A stretch of 64,000 bases of DNA from the sequence record JN673056, one strand, 5' to 3'. The notes under the pieces are model-generated. The model saw nothing but the letters and a program-made list of their open reading frames with translations, had not been told where the DNA came from and did no database searches. The translations under genes and the position numbers were made by a program. Shown here piece by piece: positions 54,984-63,834 of this stretch (position 1 is its first letter; each line of letters starts with the position of its first letter). The DNA is from Escherichia phage PhaxI.

Positions 54984-55796
54984 TTAGCAGAAACTCTTGT
55001 ATGCTGCCGCCAGTTTAGTATCATACTGGTTTTTCGCATATGCCGGACCATTGTACCGACGAGCAAACTCGGCCCAATTCTTATTCTTCAGGGCTTTCCA
55101 CATATTGGCGTCAGCTTTGATGAATTTCACAAATGCCAGAAGATGAGCGCGTTCACCAGTCAGGAAATCAGTGAACATCTCTTTGGCATTTGAATAGCCA
55201 CAGATTTGGCAGTTGAACCCCATGATCTGGAATAGGCCGTAGGAAGCACTCTCGTAAGCGCAGTCCTCGTCAAGGGCGATTGCACCCTGAAGGCGTTCCA
55301 ACTCCGCGTCTCCGCCGATATACCCGCCAGAATTGGGGTTAACCAATGTTGGGTAGAGTTGGTACAGAGCATTGGCTCTTGCTTGCCCGAATTTGGCCGT
55401 CACCTTTTTGTACATGATGTGGCGCTCAAACAGAGTTTTGATCTTGCCAGTTTTGGTAAAACCCGTGCCACGGGATTCTACCTGATTCACAGCTTTCATA
55501 CTGGCCAGTTCAACACCAAGTTCACGTGCTGCGTCAACCAAGTCCGCTTCGGTCAGATGTTCCTGATGAGCGTCTCCAGCGTTGCGGATAGCATAGAAGG
55601 TCTTTGGCCCAGCAATACCATCAATAACCAATCCAGCACCTGCCTGAACGGATTTGACAGCATTCTCTGTTGCCTTACCAAATATGCCATCGGCTGTAAG
55701 GGAGAAACCGATTTTGTTGAGGCTTTGTTGAAGCGCTTTGACTTCAGAACCTCGGTTTCCAAGTTTTAGAATGGCCATAAGAAAATACCTCCGCAA
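54984..55796 (-). CDS. endolysin (peptidoglycan-binding domain plus N-acetylmuramidase-like domain)
   Basis: N-terminal PG_binding_1-like repeat (GSEVKALQQSLNKIGF...DGIFGKATENAV); C-terminal GLFQIMGFN motif typical of phage muramidase domains. Confidence 0.7.
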   Translation of the reverse strand: MRRYFLMAILKLGNRGSEVKALQQSLNKIGFSLTADGIFGKATENAVKSVQAGAGLVIDGIAGPKTFYAIRNAGDAHQEHLTEADLVDAARELGVELASMKAVNQVESRGTGFTKTGKIKTLFERHIMYKKVTAKFGQARANALYQLYPTLVNPNSGGYIGGDAELERLQGAIALDEDCAYESASYGLFQIMGFNCQICGYSNAKEMFTDFLTGERAHLLAFVKFIKADANMWKALKNKNWAEFARRYNGPAYAKNQYDTKLAAAYKSFC

Positions 55797-55847
55797 TGTA
55801 TGCGAAGGTATTTAAAGTGAAAGTCGAACTTGAGGATTTAGTGTCGA

Positions 55848-56036
55848 TTATCTGACTACGACGACAGGCATGATTTCTTTGAAGGAAGTCCTAACTTCGG
55901 AATCATACCCATATTTTTCAAATATTTTCAACATCGCTTGTTCCAGTTCCTCTTGGAACTGAGGAAAGTGCGCGTTGGGAATTCGGTCGGCAACCCATAG
56001 AGCGCCAGGAGAGGCTTGGATAATTGCTCTACTCAT
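55848..56036 (-). CDS. hypothetical protein
   Basis: 62-aa ORF. Confidence 0.35.
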   Translation of the reverse strand: MSRAIIQASPGALWVADRIPNAHFPQFQEELEQAMLKIFEKYGYDSEVRTSFKEIMPVVVVR

Positions 56037-56060
56037 GTCTCATTCTCCTACCAAAACTTT

Positions 56061-56083
56061 GAAAGGGGGAGGTTTCCCCCTTG
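56061..56083 (-). terminator. Rho-independent terminator
   Basis: GGGGGA-AACC-UCCCCC followed by UUUC on the minus strand, after the 56087 stop. Confidence 0.55.
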
Positions 56084-56086
56084 CGG

Positions 56087-56572
56087 TTAAGCCAATTTGT
56101 TCACCAGAGTTTCTACTGCCTCGGCGCTCAGTTTACCCATTTTGACATACTGGGATTTCGCTTCACCGCCAGCGGCTTTCACGATATCGCTGTTGTCATA
56201 ACCCTTTTTCGGGAATACCATCACGGAGAAGGTTCCGTTGTTCAGCGGGTTCAGCTGAATGCGACCTTTACCGACTACGATGGTGCCGTAAGTTTCGGTG
56301 TTCGCTTCGACAACGTGGATGTCATGGCCCAGGTCTTTCAGCATGCCAACCTTGTCAGCAGTCTTGGCAACCACGGCTTTGTCTACGACAACCTGCTCTA
56401 CCAGGGTGAAGCCGTTGGTCGCTTTCACTTTGCCGTTCAGCAGATTCATGAAGGAAGTTTTGCCACCAGTGAAGCCAGCTGCCTGAGCGATGCGGAACAT
56501 TTCAACTTTTGCAACTTCGGTGTTCAGTTCAAAAGAGATGGTGCCGTTGGTGATCAGAGTTTTGGTAGTAGC
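56087..56572 (-). CDS. hypothetical protein (candidate abundant protein)
   Basis: Start trimmed to ATG in AGGAATTACATCATG context (MATTKTLITNG...); own promoter-like element upstream and terminator downstream; beta-rich Gly/Val/Thr composition. Confidence 0.45.
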   Translation of the reverse strand, partial: ATTKTLITNGTISFELNTEVAKVEMFRIAQAAGFTGGKTSFMNLLNGKVKATNGFTLVEQVVVDKAVVAKTADKVGMLKDLGHDIHVVEANTETYGTIVVGKGRIQLNPLNNGTFSVMVFPKKGYDNSDIVKAAGGEAKSQYVKMGKLSAEAVETLVNKLA

Positions 56573-56652
56573 CATGATGTAATTCCTCATAATGTAGTTG
56601 GGTCGTTTCACTTTTCATTCGGCGGGGTGTTGTGTACCGCCCTATGTGAACT

Positions 56653-56681
56653 ATAATAGTGCATGATTATTGAAGAGTAAA
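56653..56681 (-). promoter_or_regulatory. sigma70-type (T4 early-like) promoter
   Basis: Minus strand TTTACT - 17 nt - TATTAT, directly after a terminator hairpin. Confidence 0.45.
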
Positions 56682-56718
56682 GTCTTTTTCAATAAATTTT
56701 TAAATTATTTTTGAAGTA

Positions 56719-56746
56719 TTTTAAAAGGCCTCGTAGAATGAGGCCT
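56719..56746 (-). terminator. Rho-independent terminator
   Basis: AGGCCUC-AUUCUAC-GAGGCCU followed by UUUUAAAA on the minus strand. Confidence 0.55.
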
Positions 56747-56774
56747 AGAGAGAAGGTTTTTGAGTTAAAAAGTT

Positions 56775-56984
56775 TTAGGTCGGCTTCTTTTTCAAATACT
56801 GGCGAGCCAAATCCATTTGTTCTTCAGTGATAGGACAACCGCCGAAGTCCACCATTCCATTCCTCCAACCATGGATGAAACTCTTAGATTCTAAGCCAGA
56901 TAGGACATATCCTTCACGGGCTTGCATATACCCGCGAAGAATCTCTTCATCGTCCATACTATTCAGTTCTTTCAAATCCATCAT
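56775..56984 (-). CDS. hypothetical protein
   Basis: 69-aa ORF overlapping the primase stop (ATGA). Confidence 0.4.
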   Translation of the reverse strand: MMDLKELNSMDDEEILRGYMQAREGYVLSGLESKSFIHGWRNGMVDFGGCPITEEQMDLARQYLKKKPT

Positions 56985-58045
56985 ATCTTCCTCAAGTCAG
57001 AAAATCGTAAGGACGCCGACAGTCCCTGATATACGTTCTTGGCTATGATCTGAAGCAGATCACGTATCGGGATATTTCCCTTATCGGGGTGAACCATATC
57101 ATTGATATCCTTCCACGGTATTTCCGGTGGAAACAGAACGACTTTGACTCCGCTGTCTATCATCTTCTGTATACCGTCACAAACTTGTTTGTTCCTGTAT
57201 TGGTAATCGGGGATATAGATGTCTCCCTTAGCACTTAATAAGTCGGCATCGGCAGTCGCAAGACAATTGGGTAGAAACAAGCTATCAATTGGACCTTCTA
57301 CTACCAACTTTGTTTTGTTCCAAATGATGCGCTCTTCCCCGTAGATCTTAGTATCTTCGTTCTTAGGCTTGACAGTGGCATACCGTAATACCCCATCAGG
57401 AAGGTTATCGCCGAATGCGCGCCCCTGAACTATCTTCATGCGCCCGTCTTGGGTCCAGAATGGGATTACCAGCCGCTCATCTTCGGGTATCTTCTTCTGC
57501 TTCTCAACATCCGTTTCGAAACTCAGAAGATCTTGACGAAAATTCCTGCTGTAATACAACAAAGATAACGTGCTCTCCGGCATACCCCTGCCTTCAACAT
57601 AACGACGGGCGATATGATCACGGTCAAGAAGATCAAGGCGTATCATATTCCCAAGGTGCTCTTCATCCCGTTTGGCGACCTGAGAACCGATACGTGCTGT
57701 CTGGGTCAGGCGCTGTAGTGGTTTGAGTTTTTGTAACGGGCGGGAACTGGTATCCCCCATGATCCTGAATTTTTCAAGGTTGTATTCATTATACAGACGC
57801 TCGTCAAACTTCTTCAACCAGAATTCAAACGCCCAACCGCTCATTTCATTACAGTTGTGGCACTTGAAACGAAACACATCGTCATCACGATCATAAAAGA
57901 AGTGACCACGACGCTTGTTGGCACTCTTCTTAGAATCCCCACATAATGGGCAACGAAATTTGGCGACAGCGCCAACACGTTCCCAACTGAATTTATCAAG
58001 TCGGGGGGCGAGAAAATTGATGTATTGTTCGTCCAAGAATTTCAT
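56981..58045 (-). CDS. 61: DNA primase (gp61-like; zinc ribbon plus Toprim)
   Basis: 354 aa; zinc ribbon CPLCGDSKK...CHNC; Toprim motif LVVEGPIDSLFL; size like T4 gp61. Confidence 0.8.
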   Translation of the reverse strand: MKFLDEQYINFLAPRLDKFSWERVGAVAKFRCPLCGDSKKSANKRRGHFFYDRDDDVFRFKCHNCNEMSGWAFEFWLKKFDERLYNEYNLEKFRIMGDTSSRPLQKLKPLQRLTQTARIGSQVAKRDEEHLGNMIRLDLLDRDHIARRYVEGRGMPESTLSLLYYSRNFRQDLLSFETDVEKQKKIPEDERLVIPFWTQDGRMKIVQGRAFGDNLPDGVLRYATVKPKNEDTKIYGEERIIWNKTKLVVEGPIDSLFLPNCLATADADLLSAKGDIYIPDYQYRNKQVCDGIQKMIDSGVKVVLFPPEIPWKDINDMVHPDKGNIPIRDLLQIIAKNVYQGLSASLRFSDLRKI

Positions 58046-58662
58046 TAGATATTTGGCCTCTGGAACACTTCTGTCACATTATAATCCACCCCGCGACTTT
58101 GAGCTATGCAAAGCTGTCGCCAAGCCCCATACAGAATATTTTGTTCCGCAACCTGATTGCGTTCAAAGTTGGCAAATTCTTCCAGCATCTGTTTGTACCC
58201 TAATAGATAAGGAGGGATATCTGTAGGACTCTTGCCAAAGATGGCCAAAGACAAATATGATGCATAATGTTCCGGTGAAGACAAAGAGGAAATATGCATA
58301 TTCGGAACGTGAACGGGCTTCAAAGATTTTCTAGGGGTGAAGTACAACAAACCCCCATTTGGAGGGAGGTCTTCAATTTTAATAACATCTGCTGGGCAAA
58401 CATAGAAACGATATGCTCCCATGCCTATGGAAGGATTCATGCGATGAGGTTTCTTTTTGTCTGTCAGGAAGTCGGCGCGGGAGACTTTAACTTCCATTAA
58501 TATAGAACAACCCCCAGGTCTGAACCCGATGGCGTCAGGGGATTCACGATTATCGAATGAATTTGGTTCTACGAACACAGCACCACAATTCATTTGTTTG
58601 TGTAGAAATTTTGCAGCGATTTGACAACCTTCTGAGTGAGAAGGTATAAAGATTTTGCCCAT
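58045..58662 (-). CDS. hypothetical protein, possible PD-(D/E)XK nuclease fold
   Basis: Segment DAIGFRPGGCSILMEVKVSRADF has D...E.K spacing reminiscent of PD-(D/E)XK nucleases; weak. Confidence 0.3.
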   Translation of the reverse strand: MGKIFIPSHSEGCQIAAKFLHKQMNCGAVFVEPNSFDNRESPDAIGFRPGGCSILMEVKVSRADFLTDKKKPHRMNPSIGMGAYRFYVCPADVIKIEDLPPNGGLLYFTPRKSLKPVHVPNMHISSLSSPEHYASYLSLAIFGKSPTDIPPYLLGYKQMLEEFANFERNQVAEQNILYGAWRQLCIAQSRGVDYNVTEVFQRPNI

Positions 58663-58725
58663 TGTTATCTGTATCCTATTGATGACGAATGGGCAAAATT
58701 ATAACCTGACGATGATCCTATTGAG

Positions 58726-59079
58726 TTAGGACAATTGCTTCAGTTTGTAAATCGTTTGATAGCACAAAGTTTTGATTTCATCAAGCGTATTTTGAAGATG
58801 GCTGTCGCATTGACCATAAATTCCGTTTACGTCGATAACAACACTGTTGACATACGATATAGGATCTGGGTTGTACAGTTTAATATTCTCAAACCCTGGG
58901 ACATATACACCACCCGCGCCGATATATGCCTCTGTGAAGGTATCCAGCAAGTCCTCCAGTTCCCCGTAGAACTCCCCGAGTGCCTTGTGCTTGGCATAGG
59001 ACGTTGTAACGAAGTGGAGGGCATGGGAGTGGGCTATAGCAAGCAGTCCACGGTTGATGAATATACTCGCATTGACCAT
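58726..59079 (-). CDS. hypothetical protein
   Basis: Start trimmed to ATG 59079 (MVNASIFINRG...) after AGGGG; track ORF start overlaps the upstream terminator. Confidence 0.4.
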   Translation of the reverse strand: MVNASIFINRGLLAIAHSHALHFVTTSYAKHKALGEFYGELEDLLDTFTEAYIGAGGVYVPGFENIKLYNPDPISYVNSVVIDVNGIYGQCDSHLQNTLDEIKTLCYQTIYKLKQLS

Positions 59080-59100
59080 GATATTTACCCCTAAAAAGAA

Positions 59101-59125
59101 AATCCCCCTGTATTTAGGGGGATTG
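59101..59125 (-). terminator. Rho-independent terminator
   Basis: AAUCCCCCU-AAAUACA-GGGGGAUU followed by UUCUUUUU on the minus strand. Confidence 0.5.
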
Positions 59126-59135
59126 TATTTTATAA

Positions 59136-59681
59136 TCACTTTTTACCAAAAAACGATTTTAATAAATTATCAGGAATTTTTGGAAGACCTAATTTTGCCG
59201 CCAGTTCTTCTGGGGAATTACCCAAAATTTTTCTACCGTTGATGAGACCACCAACAAATTTGGTTCGATCTGTTGGACTGCGAAGGATAGTGGAGGCACC
59301 GCCAACTTTTGCGTCATACATCAGAATATGAGCGCCACGGTCACCGACGAAACGCCAGCCTTCCGCTTCAGTAACCTGACCTTTGTCAGCTGACTTGCCG
59401 AAGAAAAATTCAAAACCATCATGGACGGCAACAACTTCTTGGCCTTGGGTAATGCCGTGGGTCTGGTCTGGAGTTAGCTTCACTTTGATGGTGTTGCCAT
59501 TAGTCAATTCCAGATTATAGATGTCGGCCTGATTATCTGGAGTGATCTGGGTCACGGTGGCACCAGTACACCATTGGGTTCCGTCGGCCTGTTTGGTGAT
59601 GGTTACACTTTTGCCTTGTATGCCGCCATGAGTTTGCGGTTGTTGAGCTTGTTCTTTAAAATATTCGATAAACGGTTTCAT
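59136..59681 (-). CDS. hypothetical protein, candidate capsid-packaged (internal) protein; paralog of a segment of the 795-aa neighbour
   Basis: N-terminus MKPFIEYFKEQ resembles T4 capsid-targeting sequences (MKTYQEFIAEA); C-terminal 120 aa align with residues about 170-300 of ORF 59733..62120 (shared ...SP...LGLP(K/Q)IP.N.L..F). Confidence 0.4.
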   Translation of the reverse strand: MKPFIEYFKEQAQQPQTHGGIQGKSVTITKQADGTQWCTGATVTQITPDNQADIYNLELTNGNTIKVKLTPDQTHGITQGQEVVAVHDGFEFFFGKSADKGQVTEAEGWRFVGDRGAHILMYDAKVGGASTILRSPTDRTKFVGGLINGRKILGNSPEELAAKLGLPKIPDNLLKSFFGKK

Positions 59682-59732
59682 CGTGGATCTCCTAAGGATT
59701 TTGATGTATTTAGCCCCCGAAGGGGCTATGAC

Positions 59733-62120
59733 TTATTTCAGACTAATCTGAAGATTACCACCCAGCGATTGTTCATATTCACTGTATGCACTATCACCAT
59801 TACTCATAGCCCATTCGTCGGATTGGCGAGCGCGTTCAAGAGTCATGAGATTTGGCTCGGTAGGATTATAGCCTTTAGATTTCGCGTCGTTGTATACCGT
59901 TTGCAGGTATTGGTTGGCACGGTTGATCTGATCCTTGAATTCACGATATGCTCCTTCGGTCGTATTGCGACGGAAAGTGATATCCCAGGCAACATTCAGA
60001 ACTGTACCATTACTGGCTGTGTATACCTGCCAATCCAGATCTCGTCCATTAGGAGCGCTATCACGAATGGATCCGGCATAGGTGGCCAGATCGCCTGCAT
60101 TCTTACCACCAGCGACCTGATCTTTCGCCCGAGCCAAAGCATCAATGACTGCCGTGCGGTTTTTGGACTGTGCCAGATCTTTGTCTTGGAACATAATTGC
60201 ACCAAACTTACTGACGGTGATATCATTCAGGAACAGCTTGTTCGGGTTATAGTTTGATGAACCAAGATGGCTCAATTGAGCCGCAGCGTCTTTCAGGCGT
60301 TGTGAAGTCTCATTCAATGCATCTTGCACAGACTTGACAGATAACTGAATGTCATATCCGCTGCTATTGACTACATTTCGGCCATTTTCTGTCAGCATGG
60401 TCGTGATGTTGGCCTTATTACGATCGAAGTCGTAAGTCACGTTCGTAACGAACCGTGCGGCTTGCAGCTGGCTACCCGCAGGGAACTGGAAGTCCCAAGC
60501 CACAGAGAACCCATGAACGGTTTCACCAAATATCTTCGCATTGCTTGGGGCTTTCAGGTTCGCAGTGATGACAGCGTTATCACTGGAATTTGTGTTGATT
60601 TCGCCGAAGATAGTCTTCCCATCAGAAGACTGGACCATCAGAGTATCTTTGCTGCGCCAGTCATAACGAACAATAAACGTCGTTCGAGGGAACTCTTTTA
60701 TCAGATCGAGTTTGACTGCCTTACCCAGAGTAAATCGATTTAACAATGCATCGGCGATCTTCAAAGTAAACGAAATACAATCGACATAAGAATAACCCTG
60801 AGAACGGGAAACCTTTTGAATCGGGTATGGGGCACCGTTGATCGGAACAACACGACATTCCACTTCACCGTTGAACTGAGAATCAGCAGCACGGGATATC
60901 GCACTGACGATTTCAAAAGCAGCGTTTTTCACGTCGCCTTCCAGCATCAGCTGTTCATTGCCAGATAAATCAGAAACCACTTCTACAGAAAGTTTTCCGT
61001 TGACAATTCCCCAGAAATAAACCTGAATGTCCAGACCACCCGAAGTACGATATTTGCCCGCGCCGATTCGTGTTAGTTTCTCACCTGCATACATACCGAC
61101 CTGTTGTGGAGCATATGTGTCTACAATCCCCAGAAGGCGAGCAATATAACCCTGATTTCGTAAGTCATCCACAGATCCTGTTTTTGGCAAAGTCTGCATG
61201 TCTATTTTTCCAGAATCCCCCGTCATCTCTTTCCAGAAGATGGACGACTGCTTGGTGAAATCATTCAGAATATTCACAGGGATCTGCGGTAATCCCAGTT
61301 GGCGTACAATAGCGTCTGGGGATTGAGCGCGGATCCGTTTCTCGTTCATGATACTACCAGCATACACACCAGGTTCATTCGCGTGAGGTGCGATATTGGC
61401 GGTAATAGTCCGCCCACGTTCTTTACCAGACCAGACCAGCATAGGCTGAGTATGATCAGCTTTGGTCAGAATCCAGCGAGAATCGGCATTTATGGATTGG
61501 CTCAAATCATCCATGTCACCTTGTAGTGCGGCGTCACGAGCAGCCTGGTCAGGAACGTCACCGACTTTGTCTGGGTCGTCCCAAGTCACGCCTTTCATTT
61601 TCGGACCATCGAATACCTGAGCAGGATCCTTACCTTTACGCACAACCCATACGAATGCACGATCAGGGATAGGGGTATACGTCAGGTCCATGACATTGAG
61701 CTTCTGCTTCAGGCCGGACTGACGGATGATCTTCGGCAGGAGGGTAACACCACGTTCCAATGCTTTCTTGGAGAAGTTAATTGCAAAGCCGTCAATGGTT
61801 TTCCCCAAAGGCGTCGCCATGAATTGCTTTGTTGCTTCGATCATGGATGCGATGACACGCATTGGGTTTTTGAAACGACCGATTGCGTCTGGATAGGTCG
61901 AACCACGTTTCTGGCCTATGAAGACCTGACGAACGTTCTTGCCCAGCCCCTGCGGGGTATAAAATTGGATGCGGAATTCTTTTTCGTCTTCATCAACAAA
62001 TGTGAAGAAAATGTCACCAGCGTTCTTCTTACCGAATGTCAATTCATACGGGGATGAGTTAAACGCTTCGTCTAATTGTTTAGACTCTTCAAGAAAGTTC
62101 AAGAAAGATGGGATGGCCAT
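59733..62120 (-). CDS. large hypothetical protein, candidate capsid-packaged/injected protein
   Basis: 795 aa; N-terminus MAIPSFLNFLEESKQLDEA contains L-x-E motifs typical of prohead-protease-cleaved targeting peptides; internal domain paralogous to ORF 59136..59681. Confidence 0.45.
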   Translation of the reverse strand: MAIPSFLNFLEESKQLDEAFNSSPYELTFGKKNAGDIFFTFVDEDEKEFRIQFYTPQGLGKNVRQVFIGQKRGSTYPDAIGRFKNPMRVIASMIEATKQFMATPLGKTIDGFAINFSKKALERGVTLLPKIIRQSGLKQKLNVMDLTYTPIPDRAFVWVVRKGKDPAQVFDGPKMKGVTWDDPDKVGDVPDQAARDAALQGDMDDLSQSINADSRWILTKADHTQPMLVWSGKERGRTITANIAPHANEPGVYAGSIMNEKRIRAQSPDAIVRQLGLPQIPVNILNDFTKQSSIFWKEMTGDSGKIDMQTLPKTGSVDDLRNQGYIARLLGIVDTYAPQQVGMYAGEKLTRIGAGKYRTSGGLDIQVYFWGIVNGKLSVEVVSDLSGNEQLMLEGDVKNAAFEIVSAISRAADSQFNGEVECRVVPINGAPYPIQKVSRSQGYSYVDCISFTLKIADALLNRFTLGKAVKLDLIKEFPRTTFIVRYDWRSKDTLMVQSSDGKTIFGEINTNSSDNAVITANLKAPSNAKIFGETVHGFSVAWDFQFPAGSQLQAARFVTNVTYDFDRNKANITTMLTENGRNVVNSSGYDIQLSVKSVQDALNETSQRLKDAAAQLSHLGSSNYNPNKLFLNDITVSKFGAIMFQDKDLAQSKNRTAVIDALARAKDQVAGGKNAGDLATYAGSIRDSAPNGRDLDWQVYTASNGTVLNVAWDITFRRNTTEGAYREFKDQINRANQYLQTVYNDAKSKGYNPTEPNLMTLERARQSDEWAMSNGDSAYSEYEQSLGGNLQISLK

Positions 62121-62198
62121 TGTAATTCTCCTGATTATAAAATCGGTGCGGTTTCCCTTAATTAGCGAAAAGAAAGGGATGCTAACACCCCTTTATTC

Positions 62199-62474
62199 TT
62201 AACGACGGAACGGGCGAGACGCGTTTTGGCGATTGTTGTAATTCTTATCAAATTGTGCCAACGCCGCCGGACTCCATTCGCGTTCCCATTCTTTGTCAAC
62301 TTCGGTTTGGTTGGCAGGTTCAATCATTTCAGCAGTAGGAAAATCGCGTTTCATAATTTCACGCAATTGTTCAGAAGGGGCGGTTTGGGCGTGGACTAAT
62401 TCTTCACCGTCGTAAACTTTGGCCATCAACCATTTGCTGCCGTAACGGATATATGCGTCGAGGATGATTTTCAT
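62199..62474 (-). CDS. hypothetical protein
   Basis: Start trimmed to ATG inside the conserved AGGAACTACATTATG context (MKIILDAYIRY...). Confidence 0.4.
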   Translation of the reverse strand: MKIILDAYIRYGSKWLMAKVYDGEELVHAQTAPSEQLREIMKRDFPTAEMIEPANQTEVDKEWEREWSPAALAQFDKNYNNRQNASRPFRR

Positions 62475-62522
62475 AATGTAGTTCCTGCTTTTCAAGTTGG
62501 TGTCGTACTGCTTATGTTTAGA

Positions 62523-62550
62523 ATTATACGTGGGTTATTGAAGAAGTAAA
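62523..62550 (-). promoter_or_regulatory. sigma70-type (T4 early-like) promoter
   Basis: Minus strand TTTACT - 16 nt - TATAAT, directly after a terminator hairpin. Confidence 0.45.
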
Positions 62551-62568
62551 GGGGCTTTTGCCCCTTTT
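62545..62568 (-). terminator. Rho-independent terminator
   Basis: GGGGC-AAAA-GCCCC followed by UUUACUUCUUC on the minus strand. Confidence 0.55.
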
Positions 62569-62578
62569 ATTGAATATT

Positions 62579-63217
62579 TTAAGGTGTTGGATTGACAACG
62601 GGAATATGGAACCTGATTCCAGAGACAATGTCCTTCAGCTGAGGCTTCCAGCCGTCCACCAGGCGGGACAACGCGTTAGAACCAGGATAGACAATAATGA
62701 TGTCGCTTCCGGTTACATTATGTTGAGGGAATTGTGACATGTATTGCTCCATCGTCACCCCTGGGTCTATCAACACAGGACCGACATCCGAAGATGCATA
62801 TGTTGCCCCCAAACCGTCGACGCCCCATGCTAGTATTCCATAATCAGGAATATTGGCTTCAGAAGTTATGGTGAATCCGAAGATACGATTCAGCGCAGAA
62901 AAATCATACACGCCGTGAGCACTGTCATATGTCAGATAACCCTTTGACAGCATATCAGCGAATATCGCGTCTGTGTCACCAGTTGCCGGAGTCGGTATGG
63001 TAAACAATAACTCACCAGCAGGAGGGGATGGATACGTGCCGAGCGCATAAAGGCACCAAGCGTCAATGCATTTCTTGATGAATGCTTCAGGCGCGACATA
63101 ATCCGCAAGGCGCATTGTACCGGAATATTCTGAAGTAATGATCCCTTCCTTCGCGCCCTGAATGGCCAGAAATACCATTATGTGTTCATATCCGGTCTGA
63201 GATGGAGTGATATTCAT
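62579..63217 (-). CDS. hypothetical protein
   Basis: 212-aa ORF; overlaps upstream stop by 1 nt. Confidence 0.45.
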   Translation of the reverse strand: MNITPSQTGYEHIMVFLAIQGAKEGIITSEYSGTMRLADYVAPEAFIKKCIDAWCLYALGTYPSPPAGELLFTIPTPATGDTDAIFADMLSKGYLTYDSAHGVYDFSALNRIFGFTITSEANIPDYGILAWGVDGLGATYASSDVGPVLIDPGVTMEQYMSQFPQHNVTGSDIIIVYPGSNALSRLVDGWKPQLKDIVSGIRFHIPVVNPTP

Positions 63218-63834
63218 TATCTGGTCCTCTTGAGTTTCTCAATCGTGCGCTTATTCATGGCGATCACTCCTGGGTCGACCTTTGGGTTTATTGCCATGCC
63301 TTTGAAAGACACACATCGTTGAAGATATTTAGCCTTCTTCACGACGTCGGCTGCATAAGAATTGGATTTCTGGTTACGATTGAACCCAGCATTGTAAGAG
63401 GAAAGGGATTTGCGGATGTTTTGGTTGTGATATTCTAGCCAGAAATTCATTTCATCAAGGGCAGCATTGGCAGCATATTCTTGATTGACCAGTAATTTGA
63501 TCGCGACATTGGCGTAACACTTCTGTGTTTTGCATCCCTCCCGTTTCCCGACGGTTTGGACGCGATTTTGAAATGCCCCCATATTAGCCGATTTGAGGTT
63601 ATTCCGCATGGATACAACATCTTCTCCGGCGCGGCTTTCCCTCCATGATATTGCGGCGAGGGTGAAACCAAGGTCTTGTTGTTTTCCCACGTGATAGGCT
63701 GTGGCCATGGTTGAAAGTTGTTGATCAGAAAACCCATAATCACATTGGGTGGTACTTTGGGAAGCGTGCACACTCCCGCTGGCAATGGTAAAGGTCACGG
63801 ACAAGGCCATGGCCTTCAACGTTGTCATCGTCAT
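63217..63834 (-). CDS. secreted lytic-transglycosylase-like protein (SLT domain) with signal peptide
   Basis: N-terminal signal peptide MTMTTLKAMALSVTFTIASGSVHA (AxA site); SLT-like catalytic region ISWRESRAGEDVVSMRNNLKSANMGAFQ (E-S ... GA.G..Q). Confidence 0.45.
   Translation of the reverse strand: MTMTTLKAMALSVTFTIASGSVHASQSTTQCDYGFSDQQLSTMATAYHVGKQQDLGFTLAAISWRESRAGEDVVSMRNNLKSANMGAFQNRVQTVGKREGCKTQKCYANVAIKLLVNQEYAANAALDEMNFWLEYHNQNIRKSLSSYNAGFNRNQKSNSYAADVVKKAKYLQRCVSFKGMAINPKVDPGVIAMNKRTIEKLKRTR

Noticed and set aside
59733-62120. Calling the 795-aa protein an Alt-type ADP-ribosyltransferase
   Set aside because: Size and the N-terminal targeting-like peptide are suggestive, but I could not find the R / S-T-S / E-x-E catalytic signature in the correct order; left as hypothetical
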